Positions 20,601 to 35,600 of a stretch of DNA of 64,000 nt are shown piece by piece; the stretch's first letter is position 1, and every line of letters starts with the position of its first letter. Both the position numbers and the translations under genes were made by a program. Source of the stretch: Squalus acanthias (taxonomy: Eukaryota); the NCBI GenBank assembly GCA_030390025.1, contig JASTWF010000364.1, positions 62,001 through 126,000 on the forward strand, written 5' to 3'. The notes beneath the pieces are model-generated. The model was not told where the DNA came from, did not search any database, and worked only from the letters and a program-made list of their open reading frames with translations.

Positions 20601-23600
20601 TGAATGGGGCGAGTGTGAACGGGGCGGGTGTGAATGGGGCAAGTGTGAATGGGGCGAGTGTGAATGGGGCGAGTGTGAATGGGGCGAGTGTGAATCGGGC
20701 GGGTGTGAATGGGGCGGGTGTGAACGTGGCGGGTGTGAATGGGGCGAGTGTGAATGGGGCGAGTGTGAATCGGGCGGGGCGCGTGTAAATCGGGCGAGTG
20801 TGAATCGAGCAGGTGTGAATGGGGCGAGTGTGAATCGGGCGGGTGTGAATGGGGTGGGTGTGAATCGGGCAAGTGTGAACGGAGCGGGTGTGAATGGGGC
20901 GAGTGTGAATGGGGTGGGTGTGAATGGGCCGAGTGTGAATGGGGCGATTGTGAATGGGGCGGGTGTGAATCGGGTGAGTGTGAATGGGGCGGGTGTGAAT
21001 GGGGCGAGTGTGAATGGGGCGAGTGTAAATCGGGCGAGTGTGAATCGGGTGAGTGTGAATGGGGCGAGTGTGAATGGGGCGAGTGTGAACGGGGCGGGTG
21101 TGAATGGGGCGAGTGTGAATGGGGCGAGTGTGAACGGGGCGGGTGTGAATGGGGCGAGTGTGAATGGGGCGAGTGTGAATGGGGCAGGTGTGAATGGGGC
21201 GAGTGTGAATGGGGCGAGTGTGAATGGGGCAGGTGTGAATGGGACGAGTGTGAATGGGGCGAGTGTGAACGGGGCGGGTGTGAATGGGGCGAGTGTGAAT
21301 CGGGTGAGTGTGAATCGTGCGGGTGTGAATCGGGCGAGTGTGAATGGGGCGTGTGTGAACGGGGCGAGTGTGAATGGGGCGAGTGTGAACGGGGCGGGTG
21401 TGAATTGGGCGGGTGTGAATCGAGCGGGTATGAATGGGGCGAGTGTGAATCGGGCGGGTGTGAATGGGGCGGGTGTAAATAGGGCGGGTGTGAATTGGGC
21501 AAGTGTGAACGGGGCGGGTGTGAATGGGGCGAGTGTGAATGGGGCGTGTGTGAACGGGGCGAGTGTGAATGGGGCGAGTGTGAATCGGGTGGGTGTGAAT
21601 CGGGTGAGTGTGAATGGGGCGAGTGTGAATGGGGTGGGTGTGAATGGGGCGAGTGTGAATCGGGTGAGTGTGAATGGGGTGGGTGTGAATGGGGCGAGTG
21701 TGAATGGGGCGAGTGTGAATCGGGTGTGTGTGAATCGGGCGGGTGTGAAGCGGACGAGTGTGAATCGGGCGAGTGTTAATGGGGCGAGTGTGAATGGGGC
21801 AAGTGTGAATCGGGCGGATGTGAATCGGGCGAATGTGAATGGGGCGGGTGTGTCAACGGGACGAGTGTGAACGGGACGAGTGTGATTCGGGCGGTAGTGA
21901 ATGGGGCGGGTGTGTCAACGGGACGAGTGTGAACGGGACGTGTGTGAATCGGGCGGGTGTGAATCGGGCGCGTGTGAATGGGGCGAGTGTGAACGGGGCG
22001 GGTGTGAATCAGGCGGGTGTGAATCGGGCGAGTGTGAATCGAGCAGGTGTGTATGGGGCAGGTGTGAATCGGGAGAGTGTGAATGGGGCGGGTGTGAATG
22101 GGGCGGGTGTGAATCGAGCGAGTGTGAATGTGGTGGGTGTGAATCGGGTGGGTGTGAATGGGGCGAGTGTGAATGGGGCGAGTGTGAATGGGGCGGGTGT
22201 GAATCGGGCGAGTGTGAATTGGGCGGGTGTGAATGGGGCAGGTGTGAATCGGGTGAGTGTGAATGGGGCGAGTGTGAACGGGGCGGGTGTGAATCGGTTG
22301 GGTGTGAATCGGGTGAGTGTGAATGGGGCGAGTGTGAATGGGGTGGGTGTGAATCGGCCGAGTGTGAATGGGGCGAGTGTGAATGGGGCGGGTGTGAATC
22401 GGGCGAGTGTGAATTGGGCGGGTGTGAATCGGGCGGGTGTGAATGGGGCGGGTGTGAACCGGGCAAGTGTGAACGGGGCGGGTGTGAATGGGGCGAATGT
22501 GAATCGGGCGGGTGTGAATTGGGCAAGTGTGAATGGGGCGAGTGTGAACGGGGCGGGTGTGAATCGGTTGGGTGTGAATCGGGTGAGTGTGAATGGGGCG
22601 AGTGTGAATGGGGTGGGTGTGAATCGGCCGAGTGTGAATGGGGCGAGTGTGAATGGGGCGGGTGTGAATCGGGCGAGTGTGAATTGGGCGGGTGTGAATC
22701 GGGCGAGTGTGAATGGGGCGGGTGTGAATCGCGCGAGTGTGAATCGGGTGGGTATGAATCGAGCGGGTGTGAATGGGGCAGGTGTGAATGGGGCAGGTGT
22801 GAATGGGGCGAGTGTGAATGGGGTGGGTGTGAATCGGGCAGGTGTGAATGGGGCGAGTGTGAATGGGGCGAGTGTGAATGGGGTGGGTGTGAATCGGGCA
22901 GGTGTGAATGGGGCAGGTGTGAATCGGGCGAGTGTGAATGGGGCGAGTGTGAACGGGGCGAGTGTGAACGGGGCGGGTGTAAATCGGGCGGGTGTGAATC
23001 GAGCAGGTGTGAATGGGGCGAGTGGGAATCGGGCGGGGCGGGTGTAAATCGGGCGGGTGTGAATCGAGCAGGTGTGAATGGGGTGGGTGTGAATGTGGCG
23101 AGTGTGAATCGGGTGAGTGTGAATGGGGTGGGTGTGAATGGGCCGAGTGTGAATGTGGCGATTGTGAATGGGGCGGGTGCGAATCAGGTGAGTGTGAATG
23201 GGGCGAGAGTGAATGGGGCGAGTGTGAATGTGGCGAGTGTGAATCGGGTGAGTGTGAATGGGGTGGGTGTGAATCGGGTGAGTGTGAATGGGGCAGGTGT
23301 GAATGGGGCGGGTGTGAATGGGGCGGGTGTGAATGGGGCGGGTGTGAATGGGGCGAGTGTGAATCAGGCGGGTGTGAATTGGGCGGGTGTGAATGGGGCG
23401 GGTGGAATGGGGCGAGTGTGAATGGGGTAAGTGTGAATCGGGCGGGTGTGAATGGGGTGGGTGTGAATGGGGCAGGTGTGAATGGGGCGAGTGTGAATGG
23501 GGCAGGTGTGAATGGGGCGAGTGTGAACGGGGCGGGTGTGAATGGGGCGAGTGTGAATGGGGCGGGTGTGAATGGGGCAGGTGTGAATGGGGCGAGTGTG

Positions 23601-26600
23601 AACGGGGCGGGTGTGAATGGGGCGAGTGTGAATCGTGCGGGTGTGAATCGTGCGGGTGTGAATCGGGCGAGTGCGAATCGGGCGGGTGTGAATGGGGCGG
23701 GTGTGAATGGGGCGAGTGTGAATCGGGTGAGTGTGAATCGGGCGGGTGTGAAGCGGGCGAGTGTGAATCGGGCGAGTGTGAACGGGGCGAGTGTGAACGG
23801 GGCGGGTGTGACTGGGGTGAGTGTGAATGGGGCGAGTGTGAATGGGCCGAGTGTGAATGGGGCGAGTGTGAATGGGGCGAGTGTGAACGGGGCGGGTGTG
23901 AATGGGGTGAGTGTGAATGGGCCGAGTGTGAATGGGGCGAGTGTGAATGGGGCGAGTGTGAATGGGGCAGGTGTGAATGGGACGAGTGTGAATGGGGCGA
24001 GTGTGAACGGGGCGGGTGTGAATGGGGCGAGTGTGAATCGGGTGAGTGTGAATCGTGCGGGTGTGAATCGGGCGAGTGTGAATGGGGCGTGTGTGAACGG
24101 GGCGAGTGTGAATGGGGCGAGTGTGAACGGGGCGGGTGTGAATTGGGCGGGTGTGAATCGAGCGGGTATGAATGGGGCGAGTGTGAATCGGGCGGGTGTG
24201 AATGGGGCGGGTGTAAATAGGGCGGGTGTGAATTGGGCAAGTGTGAACGGAGCGGGTGTGAATGGGGCGAGTGTGAATGGGGCGTGTGTGAACGGGGTGA
24301 GTGTGAATGGGGCGAGTGTGAATCGGGTGGGTGTGAATCGGGTGAGTGTGAATGGGGCGAGTGTGAATGGGGTGGGTGTGAATGGGGCGAGTGTGAATCG
24401 GGTGAGTGTGAATGGGGTGGGTGTGAATGGGGCGAGTGTGAATGGGGCGAGTGTGAATCGGGTGTGTGTGAATCGGGCGGGTGTGAAGCGGACGAGTGTG
24501 AATCGGGTGAGTGTGAATGGGGTGGGTGTGAATGGGGCGAGTGTGAATGGGGCGAGTGTGAATCGGGTGTGTGTGAATCGGGCGGGTGTGAAGCGGACGA
24601 GTGTGAATCGGGCGAGTGTTAATGGGGCGAGTGTGAATGGGGCAAGTGTGAATCGGGCGGATGTGAATCGGGCGAATGTGAATGGGGCGGGTGTGTCAAC
24701 GGGACGAGTGTGAACGGGACGAGTGTGAATCGGGCGGGTGTGAATGGGGCGGGTGTGTCAACGGGACGAGTGTGAACGGGACGTGTGTGAATCGGGCGGG
24801 TGTGAATCGGGCGGTGTGAATGGGGCGAGTGTGAACGGGGCGGGTGTGAATCAGGCGGGTGTGAATCGGGCGAGTGTGAATCGAGCAGGTGTGTATGGGA
24901 CGGGTGTGAATCGGGAGAGTGTGAATGGGGCGGGTGTGAATGGGGCGGGTGTGAATCGAGCGAGTGTGAATGTGGTGGGTGTGAATCGGGTGGGTGTGAA
25001 TGGGGCGAGTGTGAATGGGGCGAGTGTGAATGGGGCGGGTGTGAATCGGGCGAGTGTGAATTGGGCGGGTGTGAATGGGGCAGGTGTGAATCGGGTGAGT
25101 GTGAATGGGGCGAGTGTGAACGGGGCGGGTGTGAATCGGGCGGGTATGAATCGAGCGGGTGTGAATGGGGTGAGTGTGAATCGGGCGGGTGTGAATGGGG
25201 CGGGTGTGAACCGGGCAAGTGTGAACGGGGCGGGTGTGAATGGGGCGAATGTGAATCGGGCGGGTGTGAATTGGGCAAGTGTGAATGGGGCGAGTGCGAA
25301 CGGGGCGGGTGTGAATCGGTTGGGTGTGAATCGGGTGAGTGTGAATGGGGCGAGTGTGAATGGGGTGGGTGTGAATCGGCCGAGTGTGAATGGGGCGAGT
25401 GTGAATGGGGCGGGTGTGAATCGGGCGAGAGTGAATTGGGCGGGTGTGAATCGGGCGAGTGTGAATGGGGCGGGTGTGAATCGCGCGAGTGTGAATCGGG
25501 TGGGTATGAATCGAGCGGGTGTGAATGGGGCGGGTGTGAATCGGGCAGGTGTGAATAAGGCGAGTGTGAATGGGGTGGGTGTGAATCGGGCAGGTGTGAA
25601 TGGGGCGAGTGTGAATGGGGCGAGTGTGAATGGGGTGGGTGTGAATCGGGCAGGTGTGAATGGGGCAGGTGTGAATCGGGCGAGTGTGAATGGGGCGAGT
25701 GTGAACGGGGCGAGTGTGAACGGGGCGGGTGTAAATCGGGCGGGTGTGAATCGAGCAGGTGTGAATGGGGCGAGTGTGAATCGGGCGGGGCGGGTGTAAA
25801 TCGGGCGGGTGTGAATCGAGCAGGTGTGAATGGGGTGGGTTTGAATCGGGCAAGTGTGAACGGAGCGAGAGTGAATGGGGCGAGTGTGAATGTGGCGAGT
25901 GTGAATCGGGTGAGTGTGAATGGGGTGGGTGTGAATCGGGTGAGTGTGAATGGGGCAGGTGTGAATGGGGCGGGTGTGAATGGGGCGGGTGTGAATGGGG
26001 CGGGTGTGAATGGGGCGAGTGTGAATCAGGCGGGTGTGAATTGGGCGGGTGTGAATGGGGCGGGTGTGAATGGGGCGAGTGTGAATGGGGTAAGTGTGAA
26101 TCGGGCGGGTGTGAATGGGGTGGGTGTGAATGGGGCAGGTGTGAATGGGGCGAGTGTGAATGGGGCAGGTGTGAATGGGGCGAGTGTGAATGGGGCGGGT
26201 GTGAATGGGGCAGGTGTGAATGGGGCGAGTGTGAATGGGGCGGGTGTGAATGGGGCGAGTGTGAATCGTGCGGGTGTGAATCGTGCGGGTGTGAATCGGG
26301 TGAGTGCGAATCGGGCGGGTGTGAATCGGGCGGGTGTGAATGGGGCGAGTGTGAATCGGGTGAGTGTGAATCGGGCGGGTGTGAAGCGGGCGAGTGTGAA
26401 TCGGGCGAGTGTGAACGGGGTGAGTGTGAACGGGGCGGGTGTGAATGGGGTGAGTGTGAATGGGGCGAGTTTGAATGGGCCGAGTGTGAATGGGGCGAGT
26501 GTGAATGGGGCGAGTGTGAACGGGGCGGGTGTGAATGGGGTGAGTGTGAATGGGCCGAGTGTGAATGGGGCGAGTGTGAACGGGGCAAGTGTGAATGGGC

Positions 26601-29600
26601 CGAGTGTGAATGGGGCGAGTGTGAATGGGGCGAGTGTGAATCGGGCGGGTGTGAATGGGGCAGGTGTGAATGGGCCGAGTGTGAATGGGGCGAGTGTGAA
26701 CGGGGCAAGTGTGAATGGGCCGAGTGTGAATGGGGCGAGTGTGAATGGGGTGGGTGTGAATCGGGTGAGTGTGAATGGGGTGAGTGTGAATGGGGCGAGT
26801 GTAAACAGTGCGGGTGTGAAAGGGCCCAGTGTGAATGGGGCGAGTGTGAATCGGGCGGGTGTCAATCGGGTGAGTGTGAATGGGGCGAGTGTGAATCGGG
26901 CGGGTGTGAATGGGGAGAGTGTGAATGGGGCAGGTGTGAATGGGGTGGGTGTGAATGGGGTGAGTGTGAATCGGGCGGGTGTGTATGGGGCGAGTGTGAA
27001 TGGGGCGAGTGTGAACAGGCCGGGTGTGAATGGGGCGAGTGTGAATGGGGCGAGTGTGAATCGGGCGGGTGTGAATCGGGCGGGTGTGAATGGGGTGAGT
27101 GTGAATGGGGCGAGTGTGAACGGGGCGGGTGTGAATGGGGCGAGTGTGAATGGGGCGAGTGTGAACGGGGCGGGTGTGAATGGGGCAAGTGTGAATGGGG
27201 CGAGTGTGAATGGGGCAGGTGTGAATGGGGCGAGTGTGAACGGGGCGGGTATGAATGGGGCGAATGTGAACGGGGCGGGTGTGAATCGGGCAGGTGTGAA
27301 TGGGGCGGGTGTGAATTGGGCGGGTGTGAATGGGGCGGGTGTGAATAGGGTGGGTGTGAATTGGGCAAGTGTGAATGGGGCGGGTGTGAATGGGGCGAGT
27401 GTGAATGGGGTGAGTGTGAATGGGGCGAGTGTGAATGGGCCGAGTGTGAATGGGGCGAGTGTGAATGGGGCGAGTGTGAACGGGGCGGGTGTGAATGGGG
27501 TGAGTGTGAATGGGCCGAGTGTGAATGGGGCGAGTGTGAATGGGGCGAGTGTGAATGGGGCAGGTGTGAATGGGACGAGTGTGAATGGGGCGAGTGTGAA
27601 CGGGGCGGGTGTGAATGGGGCGAGTGTGAATCAGGTGAGTGTGAATCGTGCGGGTGTGAATCGGGCGAGTGTGAATGGGGCGTGTGTGAACGGGGCGAGT
27701 GTGAATGGGGCGAGTGTGAACGGGGCGGGTGTGAATTGGGCGGGTGTGAATCGAGCGGGTATGAATGGGGCGAGTGTGAATCGGGCGGGTGTGAATGGGG
27801 CGGGTGTAAATAGGGCGGGTGTGAATTGGGCAAGTGTGAATGGGGCGGGTGTGAATGGGACGAGTGTGAATGGGGCGTGTGTGAACGGGGCGAGTGTGAA
27901 TGGGGCGAGTGTGAATCGGGTGGGTGTGAATCGGGTGAGTGTGAATGGGGCGAGTGTGAATGGGGTGGGTGTGAATGGGGCGAGTGTGAATCGGGTGAGT
28001 GTGAATGGGGTGGGTGTGAATGGGGCGAGTGTGAATGGGGCGAGTGTGAATCGGGTGTGTGTGAATCGGGCGGGTGTGAAGCGGACGAGTGTGAATCGGG
28101 TGAGTGTGAATGGGGTGGGTGTGAATGGGGCGAGTGTGAATGGGGCGAGTGTGAATCGGGTGTGTGTGAATCGGGCGGGTGTGAAGCGGACGAGTGTGAA
28201 TCGGGCGAGTGTTAATGGGGCGAGTGTGAATGGGGCAAGTGTGAATCGGGCGGATGTGAATCGGGCGAATGTGAATGGGGCGGGTGTGTCAACGGGACGA
28301 GTGTGAACGGGACGAGTGTGAATCGCGCGGGTGTGAATGTGGCGGGTGTGTCAACGGGACGAGTGTGAACGGGACGTGTGTGAATCGGGCGGGTGTGAAT
28401 CGGGCGCGTGTGAATGGGGCGAGTGTGAACGGGGCGGGTGTGAATCAGGCGGGTGTGAATCGGGCGAGTGTGAATCGAGCAGGTGTGTATGGGGCGGGTG
28501 TGAATCGGGAGAGTGTGAATGGGGCGGGTGTGAATGGGGCGGGTGTGAATCGAGCGAGTGTGAATGTGGTGGGTGTGAATCGGGTGGGTGTGAATGGGGC
28601 GAGTGTGAATGGGGCGAGTGTGAATGGGGCGGGTGTGAATCGGGCGAGTGTGAATTGGGCGGGTGTGAATGGGGCAGGTGTGAATCGGGTGAGTGTGAAT
28701 GGGGCGAGTGTGAACGGGGCGGGTGTAAATCGGGCGGGTATGAATCGAGCGGGTGTGAATGGGGTGAGTGTGAATCGGGCGGGTGTGAATGGGGCGGGTG
28801 TGAACCGGGCAAGTGTGAACGGGGCGGGTGTGAATGGGGCGAATGTGAATCGGGCGGGTGTGAATTGGGCAAGTGTGAATGGGGCGAGTGTGAACGGGGC
28901 GGGTGTGAATCGGTTGGGTGTGAATCGGGTGAGTGTGAATGGGGCGAGTGTGAATGGGGTGGGTGTGAATCGGCCGAGTGTGAATGGGGCGAGTGTGAAT
29001 GGGGCGGGTGTGAATCGGGCGAGTGTGAATTGGGCGGGTGTGAATCGGGCGAGTGTGAATGGGGCGGGTGTGAATCGCGCGAGTGTGAATCGGGTGGGTA
29101 TGAATTGAGCGGGTGTGAATGGGGCGGGTGTGAATCGGGCAGGTGTGAATGGGGCGAGTGTGAATGGGGTGGGTGTGAATCGGGCAGGTGTGAATGGGGC
29201 GAGTGTGAATGGGGCGAGTGTGAATGGGGTGGGTGTGAATCGGGCAGGTGTGAATGGGGCAGGTGTGAATCGGGCGAGTGTGAATGGGGCGAGTGTGAAC
29301 GGGGCGAGTGTGAACGGGGCGGGTGTAAATCGGGCGGGTGTGAATCGAGCAGGTGTGAATGGGGCGAGTGTGAATCGGGCGGGGCGGGTGTAAATCGGGC
29401 GGGTGTGAATCGAGCAGGTGTGAATGGGGTGGGTTTGAATCGGGCAAGTGTGAACGGAGCGAGAGTGAATGGGGCGAGTGTGAATGTGGCGAGTGTGAAT
29501 CGGGTGAGTGTGAATGGGGTGGGTGTGAATCGGGTGAGTGTGAATGGGGCAGGTGTGAATGGGGCGGGTGTGAATGGGGCGGGTGTGAATGGGGCAGGTG

Positions 29601-32600
29601 TGAATGGGGCGAGTGTGAATCAGGCGGGTGTGAATTGGGCGGGTGTGAATGGGGCGGGTGTGAATGGGGCGAGTGTGAATGGGGTAAGTGTGAATCGGGC
29701 GGGTGTGAATGGGGCGGGTGTGAATGGGGCAGGTGTGAATGGGGCGAGTGTGAATGGGGCAGGTGTGAATGGGGCGAGTGTGAATGGGGCGGGTGTGAAT
29801 GGGGCAGGTGTGAATGGGGCGAGTGTGAATGGGGCGGGTGTGAATGGGGCGAGTGTGAATCGTGCGGGTGTGAATCGTGCGGGTGTGAATCGGGCGAGTG
29901 CGAATCGGGCGGGTGTGAATCGGGCGGGTGTGAATGGGGCGAGTGTGAATCGGGTGAGTGTGAATCGGGCGGGTGTGAAGCGGGCGAGTGTGAATCGGGC
30001 GAGTGTGAACGGGGTGAGTGTGAACGGGGCGGGTGTGAATGGGGTGAGTGTGAATGGGGCGAGTGTGAATGGGCCGAGTGTGAATGGGGCGAGTGTGAAT
30101 GGGGCGAGTGTGAACGGGGCGGGTGTGAATGGGGTGAGTGTGAATAGGCCGAGTGTGAATGGGGCGAGTGTGAACGGGGCAAGTGTGAATGGGCCGAGTG
30201 TGAATGGGGCGAGTGTGAATGGGGCGAGTGTGAATCGGGCGGGTGTGAATGGGGCAGGTGTGAATGGGCCGAGTGTGAATGGGGCGAGTGTGAACGGGGC
30301 AAGTGTGAATGGGCCGAGTGTGAATGGGGCGTGTGTGAATGGGGTGGGTGTGAATCGGGTGAGTGTGAATGGGGTGAGTGTGAATGGGGCGAGTGTAAAC
30401 AGTGCGGGTGTGAAAGGGCCCAGTGTGAATGGGGCGAGTGTGAATCGGGCGGGTGTCAATCGGGTGAGTGTGAATGGGGCGAGTGTGAATCGGGCGGGTG
30501 TGAATGGGGAGAGTGTGAATGGGGCAGGTGTGAATGGGGCGGGTGTGAATGGGGTGAGTGTGAATCGGGCGGGTGTGTATGGGGCGAGTGTGAATGGGGC
30601 GAGTGTGAACAGGCCGGGTGTGAATGGGGCGAGTGTGAATGGGGCGAGTGTGAATCGGGCGGGTGTGAATCGGGCGGGTGTGAATGGGGTGAGTGTGAAT
30701 GGGGCGAGTGTGAACGGGGCGGGTGTGAATGGGGCGAGTGTGAATGGGGCGAGTGTGAACGGGGCGGGTGTGAATGGGGCAAGTGTGAATGGGGCGAGTG
30801 TGAATGGGGCAGGTGTGAATGGGGCGAGTGTGAACGGGGCGGGTATGAATGGGGCGAGTGTGAACGGGGCGGGTGTGAATCGGGCAGGTGTGAATGGGGC
30901 GGGTGTGAATTGGGCGGGTGTGAATGGGGCGGGTGTGAATAGGGTGGGTGTGAATTGGGCAAGTGTGAATGGGGCGGGTGTGAATGGGGTGAGTGTGAAT
31001 GGGGCAGGTTTGAATCGGGCGCGTGTGAATGGGGCGAGTGTGAATGGGGCGAGTGTGAATGGGGTGGGTGTGAATCGGGCAGGTGTGAATGGGGCAGGTG
31101 TGAATCGGGCGAGTGTGAATGGGGCGAGTGTGAACGGGGCGAGTGTGAACGGGGCGGGTGTAAATCGGGCGGGTGTGAATCGAGCAGGTGTGAATGGGGC
31201 GAGTGTGAATCGGGCGGGGCGGGTGTAAATCGGGCGGGTGTGAATCGAGCAGGTGTGAATGGGGCGAGTGTGAACCGGGCGGGTTTGAATCGGGCGGGTG
31301 TGAATTGGGCAAGTGTGAACGGGGCGGGTGTGAATGGGGCGAGTGTGAATGGGGCGACTGTGAATGGGGCGAGTGTGAATGGGGCGAGTGTGAATCGGGT
31401 GGGTGTAAATCGGGTGAGTGTGAATGGGGCGAGTGTGAATGGGGTGGGTGTGAATGGGCCGAGTGTGAATGTGGCGATTGTGAATGGGGCGGGTGTGAAT
31501 GTGGCGAGTGTGAATCGGGTGAGTGTGAATGGGGTGGGTGTGACTCGGGTGAGTGTGAATGGGGCGGGTGTGAATCGGGCGGGTGTGAATGGGGCGGGTG
31601 TGAATGGGGCGGGTGTGAATGGGGCGAGTGTGAATCGGGCGGGTGTGAATCGGGCGCGTGTGAATGGGGCGGGTGTGAATGGGGCGAGTGTGAATGGGGT
31701 GAGTGTGAATGGGGTGGGTGTGAATGGGGCGGGTGTGAATGGGGCAGGTGTGAATGGGGCGAGTGTGAATGGGGCGAGTGTGAACGGGGCGGGTGTGAAT
31801 GGGGCGAGTGTGAATCGTGCGGGTGTGAATCGTGCGGGTGTGAATCGGGCGAGTGCGAATCGGGCGGGTGTGAATCGGGCGGGTGTGAATGGGGCGAGTG
31901 TGAATCGGGTGAGTGTGAATCGGGCGGGTGTGAAGCGGGCGAGTGTGAATCGGGCGAGTGTGAACGGGGCGAGTGTGAACGGGGCAAGTGTGAATCGGGC
32001 GGATGTGAATCGGACGGGTGTGTGAACGGGGCGAGTGTGAATGGGGCGAGTGTGAATGGGGCGGGTGTGAATCGGGCGCATGTGAATGGGGTGAGTGTGA
32101 ATGGGGCGAGTGTGAATCGGGCGGGTGTGAATCGAGCGGATGTGAATGGGGCGGGTGTGAATGGGGCGAGTGTGAACGGGGCGGCTGTGAATGGGGTGAG
32201 TGTGAATGGGGCGAGTGTGAATGGGGCGAGTGTGAATGGGCCGAGTGTGAATGGGGCGAGTGTGAATGGGGCAAGTGTGAATGGGCCGAGTGTGAATGGG
32301 GTGAGTGTGAATGGGGCGAGTGTGAATCGGGCGGGTGTGAATGGGGCAGGTGTGAATGGGCCGAGTGTGAATGGGGCGAGTGTGAACGGGGCAAATGTGA
32401 ATGGGCCGAGTGTGAATGGGGCGAGTGTGAATGGGGTGGGTGTGAATCGGGTGAGTGTGAATGGGGTGAGTGTGAATGGGGCGAGTGTGAACAGTGCGGG
32501 TTTGAAAGGGCCCAGTGTGAATGGGGCGAGTGTGAATCGGGCGGGTGTCAATCGGGTGAGTGTGAATGGGGCGAGTGTGAATCGGGCGGGTGTGAATTCG

Positions 32601-35600
32601 GCGGGTGTGAATGGGGCGGGTGTGAATGGGGCGGGTGTGAATGGGGTGAGTGTGAATCGGGCGGGTGTGAATGGGGCGAGTGTGAATGGGGCGAGTGTGA
32701 ACAGGCCGGGTGTGAATGGGGCGAGTGTGAATGGGGCGAGTGTGAATCGGGCGGGTGTGAATCGGGCGGGTGTGAATGGGGTGAGTGTGAATGGGGCGAG
32801 TGTGAACGGGGCGGGTGTGAATGGGGCGAGTGTGAATGGGGCGAGTGTGAACGGGGCGGGTGTGAATGGGGCAAGTGTGAATGGGGCGAGTGTGAATGGG
32901 GCAGGTGTGAATGGGGCGAGTGTGAATGGGGCGAGTGTGAATGGGGCAGGTGTGAATGGGGCAGGTGTGAATGGAGCGAGTGTGAACGGGGCGGGTATGA
33001 ATGGGGCGAGTGTGAACGGGGCGGGTGTGAATCGGGGGGGTGTGAATGGGGCGGGTGTGAATTGGGCGGGTGTAAACGGGGCGGGTGTGAACGGGGCAAA
33101 TGTGAATGGGCCGAGTGTGAATGGGGCGAGTGTGAATGGGGTGGGTGTGAATCGGGTGAGTGTGAATGGGGTGAGTGTGAATGGGGCGAGTGTGAACAGT
33201 GCGGGTGTGAAAGGGCCCAGTGTGAATGGGGCGAGTGTGAATCGGGCGGGTGTCAATCGGGTGAGTGTGAATGGGGCGAGTGTGAATCGGGCGGGTGTGA
33301 ATGGGGTGAGTGTGAATCGGGCGGGTGTGAATGGGGCGAGTGTGAATGGGGCGAGTGTGAACAGGCCGGGTGTGAATGGGGCGAGTGTGAATCGGGCGGG
33401 TGTGAATCGGGCAGGTGTGAATGGGGTGAGTGTGAATGGGGCGAGTGTGAACGGGGCGGGTGTGAATGGGGCGAGTGTGAATGGGGCGAGTGTGAACGGG
33501 GCGGGTGTGAATGGGGCTAGTGTGAATGGGGCGAGTGTGAATGGGGCAGGTGTGAATGGGGCGAGTGTGAATGGGGCGAGTGTGAATGGGGCAGGTGTGA
33601 ATGGGGCAGGTGTGAATGGAGCGAGTGTGAACGGGGCGGGTATGAATGGGGCGAGTGTGAACGGGGCGGGTGTGAATCGGGCGGGTGTGAATGGGGCGGG
33701 TGTGAATTGGGCGGGTGTAAACGGGGCGGGTGTGAATGGGGCGAGTGTGAATGTGGCGAATGTGAACGGGGCGGGTGTGAATCAGGCGGGTGTGAATCGG
33801 ACGAGTGTGAATCGAGCGGGTGTGTATGGGGCGGGTGTGAATCGGGCGAGTGTGAATGGGGCGGGTGTGAATGGGGCGGGTGTGAATCGGGCGAGTGTGA
33901 ATCGAGCGGGTGTGTATGGGGCGGGTGTGAATCGGGCGGGTGTGAATCGGGTGGGTGTGAATGGGGCGGGTGTGAATCGGGTGAGTGTGAATGGGGCGAG
34001 TGTGAATCAAGCGGCTGTGAATCGGGCGAGTGTGAATTGGGCGGGTGTGAATGGGGCAGGTGTGAATCGGGCGAGTGTGAATGGGGCGAGTGTGAATGTG
34101 GCGAATGTGAACGGGACGTGTGTGAATCGGGCGGGTGTGAATCGGGCGGTGTGAATGGGGCGAGTGTGAACGGGGCGGGTGTGAATCAGGCGGGTGTGAA
34201 TCGGGCGAGTGTGAATCGAGCAGGTGTGTATGGGGCGGGTGTGAATCGGGAGAGTGTGAATGGGGCGGGTGTGAATGGGGCGGGTGTGAATCGAGCGAGT
34301 GTGAATGTGGTGGGTGTGAATCGGGTGGGTGTGAATGGGGCGAGTGTGAATGGGGCGAGTGTGAATGGGGCGGGTGTGAATCGGGCGAGTGTGAATTGGG
34401 CGGGTGTGAATGGGGCAGGTGTGAATCGGGTGAGTGTGAATGGGGCGAGTGTGAACGGGGCGGGTGTGAACGGGGCGGGTATGAATCGAGCGGGTGTGAA
34501 TGGGGTGAGTGTGAATCGGGCGGGTGTGAATGGGGCGGGTGTGAACCGGGCAAGTGTGAACGGGGCGGGTGTGAATGGGGCGAATGTGAATCGGGCGGGT
34601 GTGAATTGGGCAAGTGTGAATGGGGCGAGTGCGAACGGGGCGGGTGTGAATCGGTTGGGTGTGAATCGGGTGAGTGTGAATGGGGCGAGTGTGAATGGGG
34701 TGGGTGTGAATCGGCCGAGTGTGAATGGGGCGAGTGTGAATGGGGCGGGTGTGAATCGGGCGAGTGTGAATTGGGCGGGTGTGAATCGGGCGAGTGTGAA
34801 TGGGGCGGGTGTGAATCGCGCGAGTGTGAATCGGGTGGGTATGAATCGAGCGGGTGTGAATGGGGCGGGTGTGAATCGGGCAGGTGTGAATGGGGCGAGT
34901 GTGAATGGGGTGGGTGTGAATCGGGCAGGTGTGAATGGGGCGAGTGTGAATGGGGCGAGTGTGAATGGGGTGGGTGTGAATCGGGCAGGTGTGAATGGGG
35001 CAGGTGTGAATCGGGCGAGTGTGAATGGGGCGAGTGTGAACGGGGCGAGTGTGAACGGGGCGGGTGTAAATCGGGCGGGTGTGAATCGAGCAGGTGTGAA
35101 TGGGGCGAGTGTGAATCGGGCGGGGCGGGTGTAAATCGGGCGGGTGTGAATCGAGCAGGTGTGAATGGGGTGGGTTTGAATCGGGCAAGTGTGAACGGAG
35201 CGAGAGTGAATGGGGCGAGTGTGAACGGGGCGAATGTGAATCGGGTGAGTGTGAATGGGGTGGGTGTGAATCGGGTGAGTGTGAATGGTGCAAGTGTGAA
35301 CGGGGCGAGTGTGAATCGGGCGGGTGTGAATCGGGCGCGTGTGAATGGGGCGGGTGTGAATGGGGCGAGTGTGAATGGGGTGAGTGTGAATGGGGTGGGT
35401 GTGAATCGTGCGGGTGTGAATGGGGCGAGTGTGAATCGGGTGAGTGTGAATCGGGCGGTTGTGAAGCGGGCGAGTGTGAATCGGGCGAGTGTGAACGGGG
35501 CGAGTGTGAACGGGGCAAGTGTGAATCGGGCGGATGTGAATCGGACGGGTGTGTGAACGGGGCGAGTGTGAATGGGGCAAGTGTGAATGGGGCGGGTGTG